A stretch of DNA of 63,548 bases, the filler included, from Octopus bimaculoides (lineage: Eukaryota), in NCBI RefSeq assembly GCF_001194135.2. It is 4 parts of 4 records of this genome, joined end to end, with 100 filler letters (N's around TTAATTAATTAA, not from the genome) between each part and the next. Parts side by side here need not be neighbours in the genome. Positions count along the whole stretch, not along the records: positions 46,004 to 61,830 come from NC_068985.1; positions 61,931 to 63,548 come from NW_026423376.1; 2 more parts are not named here. The stretch is one strand, 5' to 3'. Positions 52,831-63,548 of the stretch are shown one piece after another. The notes beneath the pieces were generated by a model. That model searched no databases and had not been told where the DNA came from. It saw only the letters and a list, made by a program, of their open reading frames with translations. Each line of letters begins with the position of its first letter. Position 1 is the first letter of the stretch. Position numbers and translations under genes: made by a program.

Positions 52831-53905
52831 CCAAAAAATGAGATCCTAAAAGCATATTGTATATACCCTACAAGAAATCTGTCTCAATCAAACCTTCCCT
52901 ACAACTCATCTTTATAACATCAGTCTCTCCATCACTCTTTTAATTATAGCACTATTTACTCAACTACTGTAATTATATGAGAACAAAGCTGCACATATTA
53001 TTTCATCTTAGTTTTGTTTTTGGCACCACTTCCCATGTCAACCATCTTTTATTTGCAATATCACCTTTTACCACTATATTTTCCACTGAATGCCCCATTA
53101 ACCCTAAACAGCTTTGCATATTAGTTTTGACCTTTATATACCTCTGTACAGTACTTACCTCTCTCTCTGACTCTACACACTTCACATCATCTCTCTATTT
53201 CTCTCCACAACCATCCCTTTAAGTATTGCTACTTATCACCTCATCTTCCATGACCCATTCCTATTTTCCTTCACCTCTTCCCAAACTGGAATTCACAATT
53301 GATTGCTTTTACCCACGTTCATCATCCACTACATTCACCCCTATCTCTACCATACTTAAACCTCTCAACATATGGCACAAAACCATGTCCCTTAATACAG
53401 CACTCCAACTCAAGTCAGGAGATATTGTCTTGTGAGTTACTTTGGGACCTTACATTCTGTAAAGTGACTGGCATTAGGAAGGGCACCCATCTGTAGAAAC
53501 TGTCGTAAAAAGCAGACATTGGCACTTAACACAATTCTCTGGCTCATCAGATTCTGCCAAACAGTTCAATTAATGACAGCATAGAAGGCAAACGTAAAAT
53601 GATACTGATAATGATGATTGTGATGATGATGGGGAGGATGATGATGGTGATGATAACGATGATGAGGATGAGGGTAGCTTTCACGGTGCAAAACTGTCTA
53701 AAGGTAACCCAAGCTCAGAGGAACGGTGCTTCGCCGATCTGTTTAATAACAAGAGCCAACTTTGAGATGCGGTGTTGGGGATAGTGTAAAAAGAAAAATA
53801 ACTCCTGAAAATGAGAAAGAGGTGGGTGGGGGTGAACAAAAACGAAATTAGAAAGCCAAAAATAAAGACAAGAATTAGGGAGACAGAGAAAACAAACAAT
53901 AATTA

Positions 53906-53947
<42 letters not shown>

Positions 53948-54004
53948 NNNNNNNNNNTTGTAGGAAAGCTTCTCTCCCTCTCTCTCTATTATATATACAT
54001 GAAT

Positions 54005-54815
54005 GCGGTGTATATTTCGTTTGTCACTGTTATTTATGACATATTTCATCTCAGTTACGTTTGTATGAATAAATGAGTGTATCTGCAGCATGTTTACTTC
54101 ATGGCACCACCACAATCGTTCGTGCATTTCTACTGCTTTTAGTTTTTTTTCCCTAGTTTTTCAGCTACTATTTTCGGAAAGACATTTCCCCCCTCCCCCT
54201 CCAATTTCTTCATTTTTCACATTTTTCCGTAACTCTAACCCTAAAATCCCAACTCTAACCCTAACCCTAACCCTAAAACCCCAACTCTAACCCTAAAACC
54301 TTAACCCTAACCCTAACCCTAATACCCCAACCCTAACCCTAAAGCCCTAACCCTAACTCTAAAACCCTAACTCTAATCCTAAAACCCTAACCCTAACCTA
54401 ACCCTAAAACCCTAACCCTAAAACCCTAGCCCTAAAATCCTAACCCTAACTCTAAAACCCTATCCTTAACCCTAAAACCCCAACCCTGACCCTAAAACTC
54501 TAACCCTAACTCTAAAACCCGAACTCTAACCCTAACCTTAAAACCCTAAGCTAAAACCAGTACAAACGCACGAACGATGTCATAAGTAACAGTGACAAAC
54601 GAAATATACACCGCCGATGGTTGTTGTTAACAAACAACGGTAGTAATTTTATTCAGCTGAATACACGTTATTGATTGGTTGAAATTACCGAACTATGACA
54701 ACTTTAACACGAAATAACTTTGACAATATAAACTTTCTTCAACATCACTAAGAGTAAAAGATGTTTTATATGACACATTCTACCAGTGTCCGAAGTTTGA
54801 AGGTGTTTAGTTACA
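54005..54815. mobile_element. Foldback/MITE-like element with long inverted arms and a telomere-like central array
   Basis: Arm 54005-54042 matches 54577-54614 at 37/38, and arm 54115-54142 matches 54551-54578 at 25/28. (TAACCC/TAAAACCC)n lies at 54230-54558. A related deleted copy is at 61140-61415. Confidence 0.6.
54230..54558 (+). repeat. Degenerate interstitial telomere-like array (CCCTAA/CCCTAAAA variants)
   Basis: Direct inspection. Confidence 0.9.
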
Positions 54816-54829
54816 AAAAATTAATTTCT

Positions 54830-57800
54830 CGATGTGCCGTTCAAAGGGAAAAGATCCGAAAGGTCAACACTGAATTTTGCGGCGGCCGTCGGCGGCCGTG
54901 AACAAATTAATTTAAAAGTTGAAGAGATTCAAGCTTTTTTTGGCATGATCTCTGCAAAGGACGGTGAGTCGAAAATTATGCCACCAAGTGAACTACAAAA
55001 TAAGATAAAAGAAAAAAAAACAATAATATACAAAACCTACAACATGGAATCCAAAGGATTTGAACACTTAGAGGAAATCTCTATAGAGAAGTGTCTTGGC
55101 GCTACTATGCGTGAAATTAAATATTTAACGAGAGACACGAATTCACCACGATAGAAATAAGGTTCGAGTCGACAGAGCGGGTGAAGGAGTATTCGACTCG
55201 AACCTTGCAAAGTGGCAAAATTCTTCTACTACCTTTATATCTGGGACATAGAACGTCCCGGATAAAGATTGAAAATATCCCCCCAGAGGTAGAGGTAGGC
55301 TGGATCGTGGCCACCCTGCTTTCCAAAAGGGAAGATAAAATTAAACTCATACAGATTACAAGAGACGGACCTCAAAATTGGCGGGGCCAGACCCTCGAGA
55401 TCCTGGCCCAAGCCATGACTAATGATTTAGAAGAACTGCCCGAAACGATAGTTATGGAGGACTTGAGCATTCCTATACACGTGGAAGGCAGAAGGCCACG
55501 CTGTTTTAAGTGCGGTAAGAAAAGCCGCATTAAAGAAAAGTGTCCGGACAACAAAAAAGTAGACTAGAGTACCTCTACCCCGCCTCCAAGGAAGATGACC
55601 CCCCCCCCCCAAGAGAGAACATCGGCAGCCAAAAAACTAAAGTAAAAACTAAAAGTAAAAGAGGTTGCACCCGCGGCCAGGGAGACAAGTATAACCCCTG
55701 CAGGAACCAAAGAAGGTGCACTCCCGGCCATGGAGGCCGTAACCAAGAATGCACCCACCAAAGGGGGTGAAATCCCGGGCAAGGAGGCCGTTACCAGGAA
55801 TGCATGCAACCAAGAGGTGGCACTTGCAAGAGTGACTGCGTCGATTGAATTCATAACAGACAGCGAGGAAGAAACGCAAGAACCCACAGATTGCTATCAA
55901 GTATGTTCGAGGAAACGACAAAAAAAAATGGACTCCCCGAATAAGGAACAGGTCCCGAAGACCAAGGTCCCAAAGCCAGGAAAAACAGAAAAGAAAAAGG
56001 AGAAGAAAATGTCGTTTATAGACATACCCATAAGCATACCGAAACCTAAAGACTTAGTAACGGTTGCTTACAAATCCCAAAATATTTATCTAGATGGAGT
56101 CATTAGACCCCCATCTAAATACATCTATATATAGGAATGACTATAAATAGAGTCCAATAATAATTGCAAAAATTGCGAGAACTCTGTATTATGATGTGTC
56201 CAAACTCCACCCTAAAGACATTTGTGTCCCTAAAAATCTCAAAAAAGTATTCGACCCGCCGGTTGAACCCTTTCTGGATGAAAAGAACGAAGGTAGGGAA
56301 ATGGTCTCAAATGTTTTGAGAACCATTCCCCTAAAAAGATATGATGATAAGTGGCTTTCTTTTCTTCTATGACTTGGAATGGCCGTGTTAAACATTGCAT
56401 GTTTGAATGTGTGAGGCCTGAACTCGAAGAGGAAGCAGGCGTGCCTCCTCGACGGCCTCAGGTCACATGGTATAGATGAGATGGTTATTACAGAGACCAG
56501 GCTGGACAAGCAGCAGGCCTTCTCGGCCCTCCTGAACGACTACAAGAAAATAATTTCTCCTAGCCGGGAGGAAGGGAGCAGAGGGGTGGCTGTCTTGATG
56601 TGAAAAGGCCTGGTCATGCAGATACGTACAATCATCGTGGACTCAGAAGGCGAGTTGATCGTTCTGGATCTGACATACAGTGGTAAGGCCTTCAGGCTGG
56701 TCGGCATCTACGCGCCTGGTAATGCAGGCAAACGGGTTGACTTCTTTCAACGCCTGGAGAATTTCCTAGTGACATCGAGGACAGTAATTGTACTAGATGA
56801 CTTTAACGCTATACTGGATGCACGCCTGGATAGCGTGGGCTCGAAGGATAGGGGAACTCATGCCTCATCGATCTGCTGAAGCGTTTCAGGCTGGCAGATC
56901 GATATAGACTTGATCACCCGAACGTTCCAGTGTGGACTTGGGTGAGAAACGACGGATCGATCAGGTCTTATATAGACAGGATAGTCGTAAGTACTAGAGA
57001 CAGGCATAGCTTTAGTTGTCCACAGTTTACCTACGTACCCTACACAGATCACAGGTTATTGACGTGTAGGGTGAATATAGATAAGATGCATAGACAGGAT
57101 CTGGCTACTGGAAGCTGAACAAGACTTTATTGGATTGCGAGGCTTACCGTAGCCAGATTAAGGTGTTAGTGAAGAGGGCACTTACCGGCGCTGTGATCAA
57201 CAACCGGTGGTGGAGTGCCCTCAAAAAAGCCCTTCGAATTGAGTCAATTAGATTTAGCAAACAGTTAAGTCTAGAACAGACTAGAATAGAAAGGGATTTA
57301 GTTAAGGCATTAGAAGAGGCACTGAGGTAGGGCTCTGTGTCACAAGTGTTGACGGCGAGATCGGCACTAGACCGATACCTTAATGCCAAGCACAAAGGAT
57401 GCAGAGTCGGGGCTAGGACACATGCAATGGGCCGTGAAGGTATCAATGTTGCTAGATGGGCTCGCTCGGAAGAAACCCGTCGTGGCATCGGTGCTACGAT
57501 TGGGTATTTGACAGACGAGTTCGGACAGGTGATCCAAGGACAAGAGGATATATGCAAGGCCTTTCACAAGCACTTTGCCGCGTTGTTCGGGAGGGACGGA
57601 ACGTTGGACCATGGGGATGCTTTACGGCGTTTTCTGGCCGGCGGCCCGCGTCTTTCGGCTCGTGATGCTGAGCGTTGTGAAGAACCAATCACAGCCAAGG
57701 AGATCAGGGAGGTACTGTCCGAGTGCCTCGGGGACAAGTCGCCGGGTCTGGATGGTATTCCGTATGAATTTTATAGTAGCATGCTAGACTTGTTCTGGGA

Positions 57801-60087
57801 CATACTGTCCAGTGTGTACACGAATTGGCAGCAGAATGGGAGGATTCTCAAAGCTGTGAGCCGTGGAGTGGTGACACTGATCAGGAAGGACCCGGGCAAG
57901 GGGACAAAGTTAATAATTTTAGGTCCATAACTCTGCTAAACACAGAGTTAAAGATTTTGGCCAAGGTGCTTGCAAAGAGAGTTAGGGTTGTCGTGGGCGA
58001 CCTGGTGGGGGAAGCACAGACATGTGCCATCCCAAGAAAGACGATACAGGACAACCTCCACCTCATTCGCTACACCATAGAGTGGGTGGGTAAAATGCAT
58101 TGCAACGGTGGGGCACTGGTGAATTTAGACCAGTCTAAGGCGTTTGATAGGGTTGACCACGGATACCTGGCGGCGGCCCTCCGGGCGGCCGGATTTGGCC
58201 CGACCTTCCGAGGCTGGATTAAAGCCATGTATGGCAATATCGAATCAATAGTCCGGGTGAATGGGTTCTTCTCGAACCCATTCGCGATCGAGCGTTCGGT
58301 TCGCCAGGGCTGCCCCCTGTCCCCGATCCTGTATGTGTTGGCGCTCGAGCCATTGCTGCGGAGATTGAGGGACACGGTGGTGGACTCGCATGATCTTTGT
58401 TATGGGAGAAATGTGACGGCATATGCGGATGACGTCACCATCACCGTGTCTGATGAAGGGCGTCTACCTCGCGTAGAAGACGCTATCAAAGGATACGAGA
58501 CGGTGGCAGGAGCGAAANNNNNNNNNNNNNNNNNNNNNNNNNNNNNNNNNNNNNNNNNNNNNNNNNNNNNNNNNNNNNNNNNNNNNNNNNNNNNNNNNNN
58601 NNNNNNNNNNNNNNNNNNNNNNNNNNNNNNNNNNNNNNNNNNNNNNNNNNNNNNNNNNNNNNNNNNNNNGCTAGACGGAAGGCCAGGTTAAAATGTTTGG
58701 GGTCTGATTTGGACCGGACCTCCAGGTGGAGAAGACCTGGAGTGAGGTGGCGAGCAAGATGACAGCCATGGTCTGGGAGGAGGTTATCGTTGTTGGGAAG
58801 GACGGAGGTTGTGCAGATGTTTATAGTATCGGTGATAACCTACCGCCTAACCGTCGTGCCTTGCCCCGGTTTGTGGATGAACAATCTGGAGCGGATCCTT
58901 TTCCACTTTTTGTGAGGAAGTAAAACTCCACTTGTGAGGAGCTCCATCTGTTGCCAGAAACCGTTAAAGTGTGGGCTGGGGATGCCCTGACTGATGATGC
59001 GCAAGTACGCGCTGAGGCTGAGACATCTTCGGTGCCACCTGGATGGTGAGCAGGTGTGGTCAACGCTTGCCGAGCAGGTCTTTCCAAAGTGTGAATCTCT
59101 TGCGGACTTTAGGATCATGGATCAGGCGGAAACCCAAGTCAGGGGAATGGCAGGTGGAGTGCAAACAAGCACTTTCCCTCTTCTCCGAGGTGAACAATGC
59201 TGACAGCAGAGTTACCACAGCGGATATTTATAGCGGGTTGGTAGAGCATAAGTCTGACGATGTCCTGGGGGAGATTTTGGGCTTCGATAAGAAGCAGCTA
59301 GCCAGCCTGTTCGGGAGGACCTTCGGGTCGAGATTTCTGGATAACTACCAGAAATACTTGACCTGGCTGTGCTACCGATCGGCCTTACCGGTTCGGGAAA
59401 GGTTATCAAAGCATGGTTATGACACCTCCCAAACATGCCCGAGGTGCGTGCGTACCAGTGAAACGGTTACGCACGCCTTCGTACACTGTGAGGAGTTGAG
59501 GGAGTTGATAGCCTGTGCCGAACAGCTGGTGTCGGATAACGAAGGAGTACGGCTCTCGACTGAGTCCATGATAAAGATTGTACTGCCTTCCTCTTTCACC
59601 AAAGAAAAGAAGGTAGTATGTCTCTGCGTAATAACCATATTGAACGAAACGGTATGGAAGACGCGAATGAAAGGGATTGCGACAGGACAGTTCATCTCCG
59701 GACGAGGGCTAGTGAATTACTTCACCACCCATCTTGCTTTCAAGATCCGTCTGGAGAGGAGGAGCCTTCCGCAAAGAGTGTTCGCGAAAAGATGGAAGGA
59801 AATCGAAAGAAAGATGAGTATGCAAGGAGCCGTGCTAACACGGCCGGTCCGGGCATAGAAGAACAAAAAAAGATTTACAAAAGGAAATCAACCGGCGGGT
59901 GAGTGCACTAACCCAAAACCCCAAAAGAACCATTAAAATTTTTAAACTTATATTATATCATACTATATCATATCATCCACAATTCGAACTAAATAATTTG
60001 TAAAAGCCGACTGGCCCATATATATGTTCTTGTCTGTCTTTGTTTGTCCCCTCTATGTATCCTTGTATTAGGAAAATAAAGAAATTC
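54830..60087 (+). mobile_element. Near full-length L1/Tx1-like LINE (ORF1 with Zn knuckle; ORF2 APE-RT), disrupted
   Basis: ORF1 VEGRRPRCFKCGKKSRIKEKC, APE MAVLNIACLNV*GLN...ITETRL, RT NLDQSKAFDRVDH, SVRQGCPLSP and AYADDVT, C-terminal CPRC...HAFVHC, and a 3' UTR ending AATAAAGAAAT. The 5' boundary is approximate. Confidence 0.92.
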
Positions 60088-60489
60088 AACCGTCTTTAGA
60101 CCCGCTTAGGTCTAGCCGCTGGCCACAGAGCACCAGCCAGTTCCAGCGACGACACGACATTGGAGACACTTCATTGGAGATCAAACATTTCGTTCAACTG
60201 TTTACTACAAGCTCCTTCGTCGCCAGCGTCTACACCAGACTTCTCTGCGTATACACCACACCAGCAACGCTAACACAGCTTTCTCCACGCTGTTTGTGAA
60301 ATGCTTCACCAAGGTTAACAGCGTATTCAACCTGCCAGAACTCCTGTGCCAAGTAACCGGCAGCAGCATTGAAGCCACAACTTCTTTCTCGACATGTGCC
60401 ACTCCTCTGGCTCTGCTACTCGGCCACATGTGACTTTTCGGCTCTGCCAAATCTCGGCTGCTAATATTCTTGTGTCAGGAGTCACCACT

Positions 60490-60978
60490 TGTAAGAGGTA
60501 AATTATGTCGGCACTGGAAGGGTGCCAGCATCCGAACATAAAACAATCTTTTATTCTGTATGTACAAAAATGTACACCTCGGGACAATCAGTAGCCAGGT
60601 CTGGTGTGGAAACAGCAAAGTCGGAATTAATCATACTTTGTGAAGACACTATTACACCTTGGAACAATCAGTAGCCAGGTCTGGTGTAGAAGCAGCAAAG
60701 TTGGAGTTAATAATACTTTGTGAAGGCATTTTTCACAGAACTCCAGCAAAATCGGAGCTGGTCAAATACCGAGCGTCCAGAGCAGGAGCGTAGGCGAACT
60801 GAGAGCTGCTAAGGACACGCCTACGTGGTTCAGCGGCTGCGTCTCGAGTCAGAGACGCAAGAGAACTTTGTTGCCGCTAGATTTCTGCGCATGCGCATGA
60901 TGGAACTTCCTGCAGGACTTCCAGAAGATTCCAACCCTGCGCATGCGTGCTGAAGACTCTCAAGATGACGTCACTACA
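60490..60978 (-). mobile_element. LTR of a Ty3/Gypsy-like element (489 bp)
   Basis: On the minus strand it begins TGTA and ends TACA, with an internal AATAAA near 60550. It is preceded by PPT GAGGGGGAG (60982-60990) and followed by PBS-like TGGTGACTCCTGAC (60474-60487). Confidence 0.65.
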
Positions 60979-61139
60979 AGGCTCCCCCTCGAGTGCGGAA
61001 GCACGAAACAAAAGACTGTAGTGGCTCCAGAAAACAAGATCGCTACTAATCACCCAGAAGTTGTGGCACACAATATGACAACTCAAATAGGATCCTTCTG
61101 AATTGACGTGCACCACTTTTCATATATGTTTCATGTAGT

Positions 61140-61415
61140 ACCGAAACACTTTCAAATTTTCATTTGGTACCGAAACACTTTCAAACTTCGTATACTTGTA
61201 TATTTTGTGTTAGAGAACAGATAAAAATGTTTGTATTCGAAGTTATTTCATGTAAAAAAAAATGGTCGTATTTCGGTAATTTCAACCAATCACTGACGTC
61301 TATTGAGATGAAAACAATTACTGCTGTGAATTGTGAACAACACACGTTGTGCGGTGTAATGTTTTATATGACACATTCTACCAGTATCCCAAGTTTGAAA
61401 TTGTTTCGTTAAGAA
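61140..61415. mobile_element. Internally deleted relative of the foldback element at 54005-54815
   Basis: Bases 61170-61358 align to the reverse complement of 54607-54812. Bases 61360-61410 match 54763-54812 in direct orientation. Confidence 0.55.
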
Positions 61416-61930
61416 AACAAGTGGTGCCCGTCAATTCAGAAAGATCCATCAAATAAATATTATTACAGTATAAATAAGCATGCACAAAAAATTTTTTTTT
61501 TTTTTTTTTTACAAAATGTTCAATAACAAACATTGTAACTGTCAAAGGAAACACAATAGAAAATGTCAAACGTAAATAGTCTTTGCAAGTTTCTTGGGCC
61601 AGTGAACAGTTCTGCCCGATCTTGTAATGTAAGGTTTGTTCGAGGCAGGCTGCGACGACGAAGGTGATGCTGTTGTATATCCCTCTGAAGACTCGCAGAG
61701 ATAACACAACGAGTTGTACAATTTAATTATTACATTTATTATTCAATTACATACAAAGAACGCACTCACCCAATGTTCGTTATGAATAAACAAGAATCAT
61801 GTCCGCCATATATATCAATGACATTCTACTNNNNNNNNNNNNNNNNNNNNNNNNNNNNNNNNNNNNNNNNNNNNTTAATTAATTAANNNNNNNNNNNNNN
61901 NNNNNNNNNNNNNNNNNNNNNNNNNNNNNN

Positions 61931-63490
61931 GTACGTTCTTTCGTTTGCTCGATCGTTCTCTCGTTCGTTTGTTCGTACATTCTTTCGTTACTTCGTTCGT
62001 TCATTGGTTTCGTTCGATCGTTCGTTCATTCTTCCGTACGATCATTCGTTCATTCGTTCCTTCGCACGTACGTTTGTTCGTTCGTTCGTACGTACGTACA
62101 TTCTTTCGTTCAATCGTTCGTTCATTTTTTCGTACGTTCGTTCGTTCGTACATATGTACGTTCTTTCGTTCGTTTCTTCGTTAGTTCGTTCGTACATACG
62201 TACGTTCAATTCTTTGTTCGTTCGTTCAATCGTTCGTTCGTTCGATCGTTCATTCGTTCTTACATACGTACTTACGTACGTAAATCCGTACTCACGTACG
62301 GACGTTCGTTAGTTCTTTCGTGCATACGTACGTTCGTTCATTAGGTCGTCCGTACGTTCGTTCGTTCTGGCATACGTTCGTAGGACGTACGTACGTCCGT
62401 TCATTCATATATATGTACGTGGGAACATACGTACGTTCGTTCGTTCGTAATTACGTTCCTTCTTTCGTTTATTCGTTCGTACGTACGAACTTACTTACGT
62501 ACGCACGTTCTTTCCTTCCTTCGATCATTTGTTTATACGTACGATCTTTCGTTCATTCGTTCGTACCTACGTACGTTCATTCATACATATGTACGTACGA
62601 ACATACGCACGCTCGTTCGTTCGTTCATACATATGTACGTACAAACATACGCACGTTCGTTCGTTCATTCATACATATGTACGTACGAACATACGCACGC
62701 TCGTTCGTTCGTTCGTTCATTCATACATATGTAAGTACGAATATACGTACGTTCGTTCGTTCGTTAGTTCGTTCATATCGTTCGTTCGCTCATTCGTACG
62801 TACTAACGAGCTTACCAACGAAATGAACGAACGAAAGAACCAACGAACGAACGATTGAACGTACGTATTCACATATGTATATACGTATGAACGAACGAAG
62901 GAACGAACGTACGTACGTACGAATAAAAGAATGAATGTACGTACGAACGAACGAACGACCGATCTAACGAAAGAGCGAACGAACGAAAGAATGAACGAAC
63001 GAATGAACAAACGAAAGAACCATCAAACGCACGAAGGAACGAACGTACGTACGTACGTACGAATAAAAGAACGAACGAAAGAATGAATGTACGTACGAAC
63101 GAACAAACGAACGTACGTAAGTAGGTACGAACGAATGAACGAACGAACGAACAAAAGAACAAACGAACGTACGTACGAAACTAACGAAGGAACAAACGAA
63201 CGAAACAAACAAATGAACGAACGAACGACCGAACTAACGAAAGAGCGAGCGAACGAACGAACGAAAGAATGAACGAACGAATGAACCATCAAACGCACAT
63301 ACGTACGTAAGCACATATGTACGTAGGTACGTACCTACGGACGAAAGAGCGAACGAATGAACAAACTAACGACCGAATGAACGAACAAATTATTGAACGA
63401 ACGAAAGGACAACCGAACGCACGTACGAACGAACGAACGAATAGCTGTGCGTACGTACGTACATATGAAAGAACTAACGAACGATAGAAC
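61931..63490. repeat. Complex (TTCG/TACG/TTCA)n tetranucleotide satellite with strand inversion near 62800
   Basis: The left part is GTTC-rich and the right part is GAAC-rich, using the same motif set in reverse complement. Confidence 0.9.
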
Positions 63491-63548
63491 GTTAGTTCTA
63501 CATAAGTTTGCCAAGAATTATCTTTCTCATCGCAGATCGGTGGCTATC

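Noticed and set aside
54230-54558. True telomere or chromosome fusion site
   Set aside because: The array is short, degenerate, single-orientation and enclosed by element-like inverted arms.
61945-63316. ORFs rich in FVRS/TNER
   Set aside because: These are translations of the TTCG/GAAC satellite.

Overview
AT-rich eukaryotic genomic DNA with many assembly gaps. The SINE, LINE and microsatellite content looks like an octopus (inferred, not database-verified). No intact protein-coding host gene can be supported. The window is mostly nested, decayed mobile elements: RLE-type (R4/Dong-like) LINEs abutting (AAT)n tracts, four L1/Tx1-like LINE pieces, RTE LINEs, a Penelope-like element, Ty3/Gypsy remnants, mariner, hAT and Chapaev3 DNA transposons, MITEs and several tRNA-derived SINE families. 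The main candidate for something new is a 151-bp tandem repeat found at two loci (12225-13830 and 34835-35092). Each monomer folds into a minimal type-I hammerhead-ribozyme-like architecture with a non-canonical core. Both loci share termini, sit in (ATT)n and invert internally, which suggests a retrozyme-like mobile satellite. A separate 507-bp insertion with a 14-bp target-site duplication carries a near-canonical minimal hammerhead (6666-6708, minus strand). Other oddities are a foldback element with a telomere-like core, a SINE/LINE shared 3' tail, an LTR flanked by both PPT and PBS, and a 110-bp templated insertion. All alignments and folds were done by eye.
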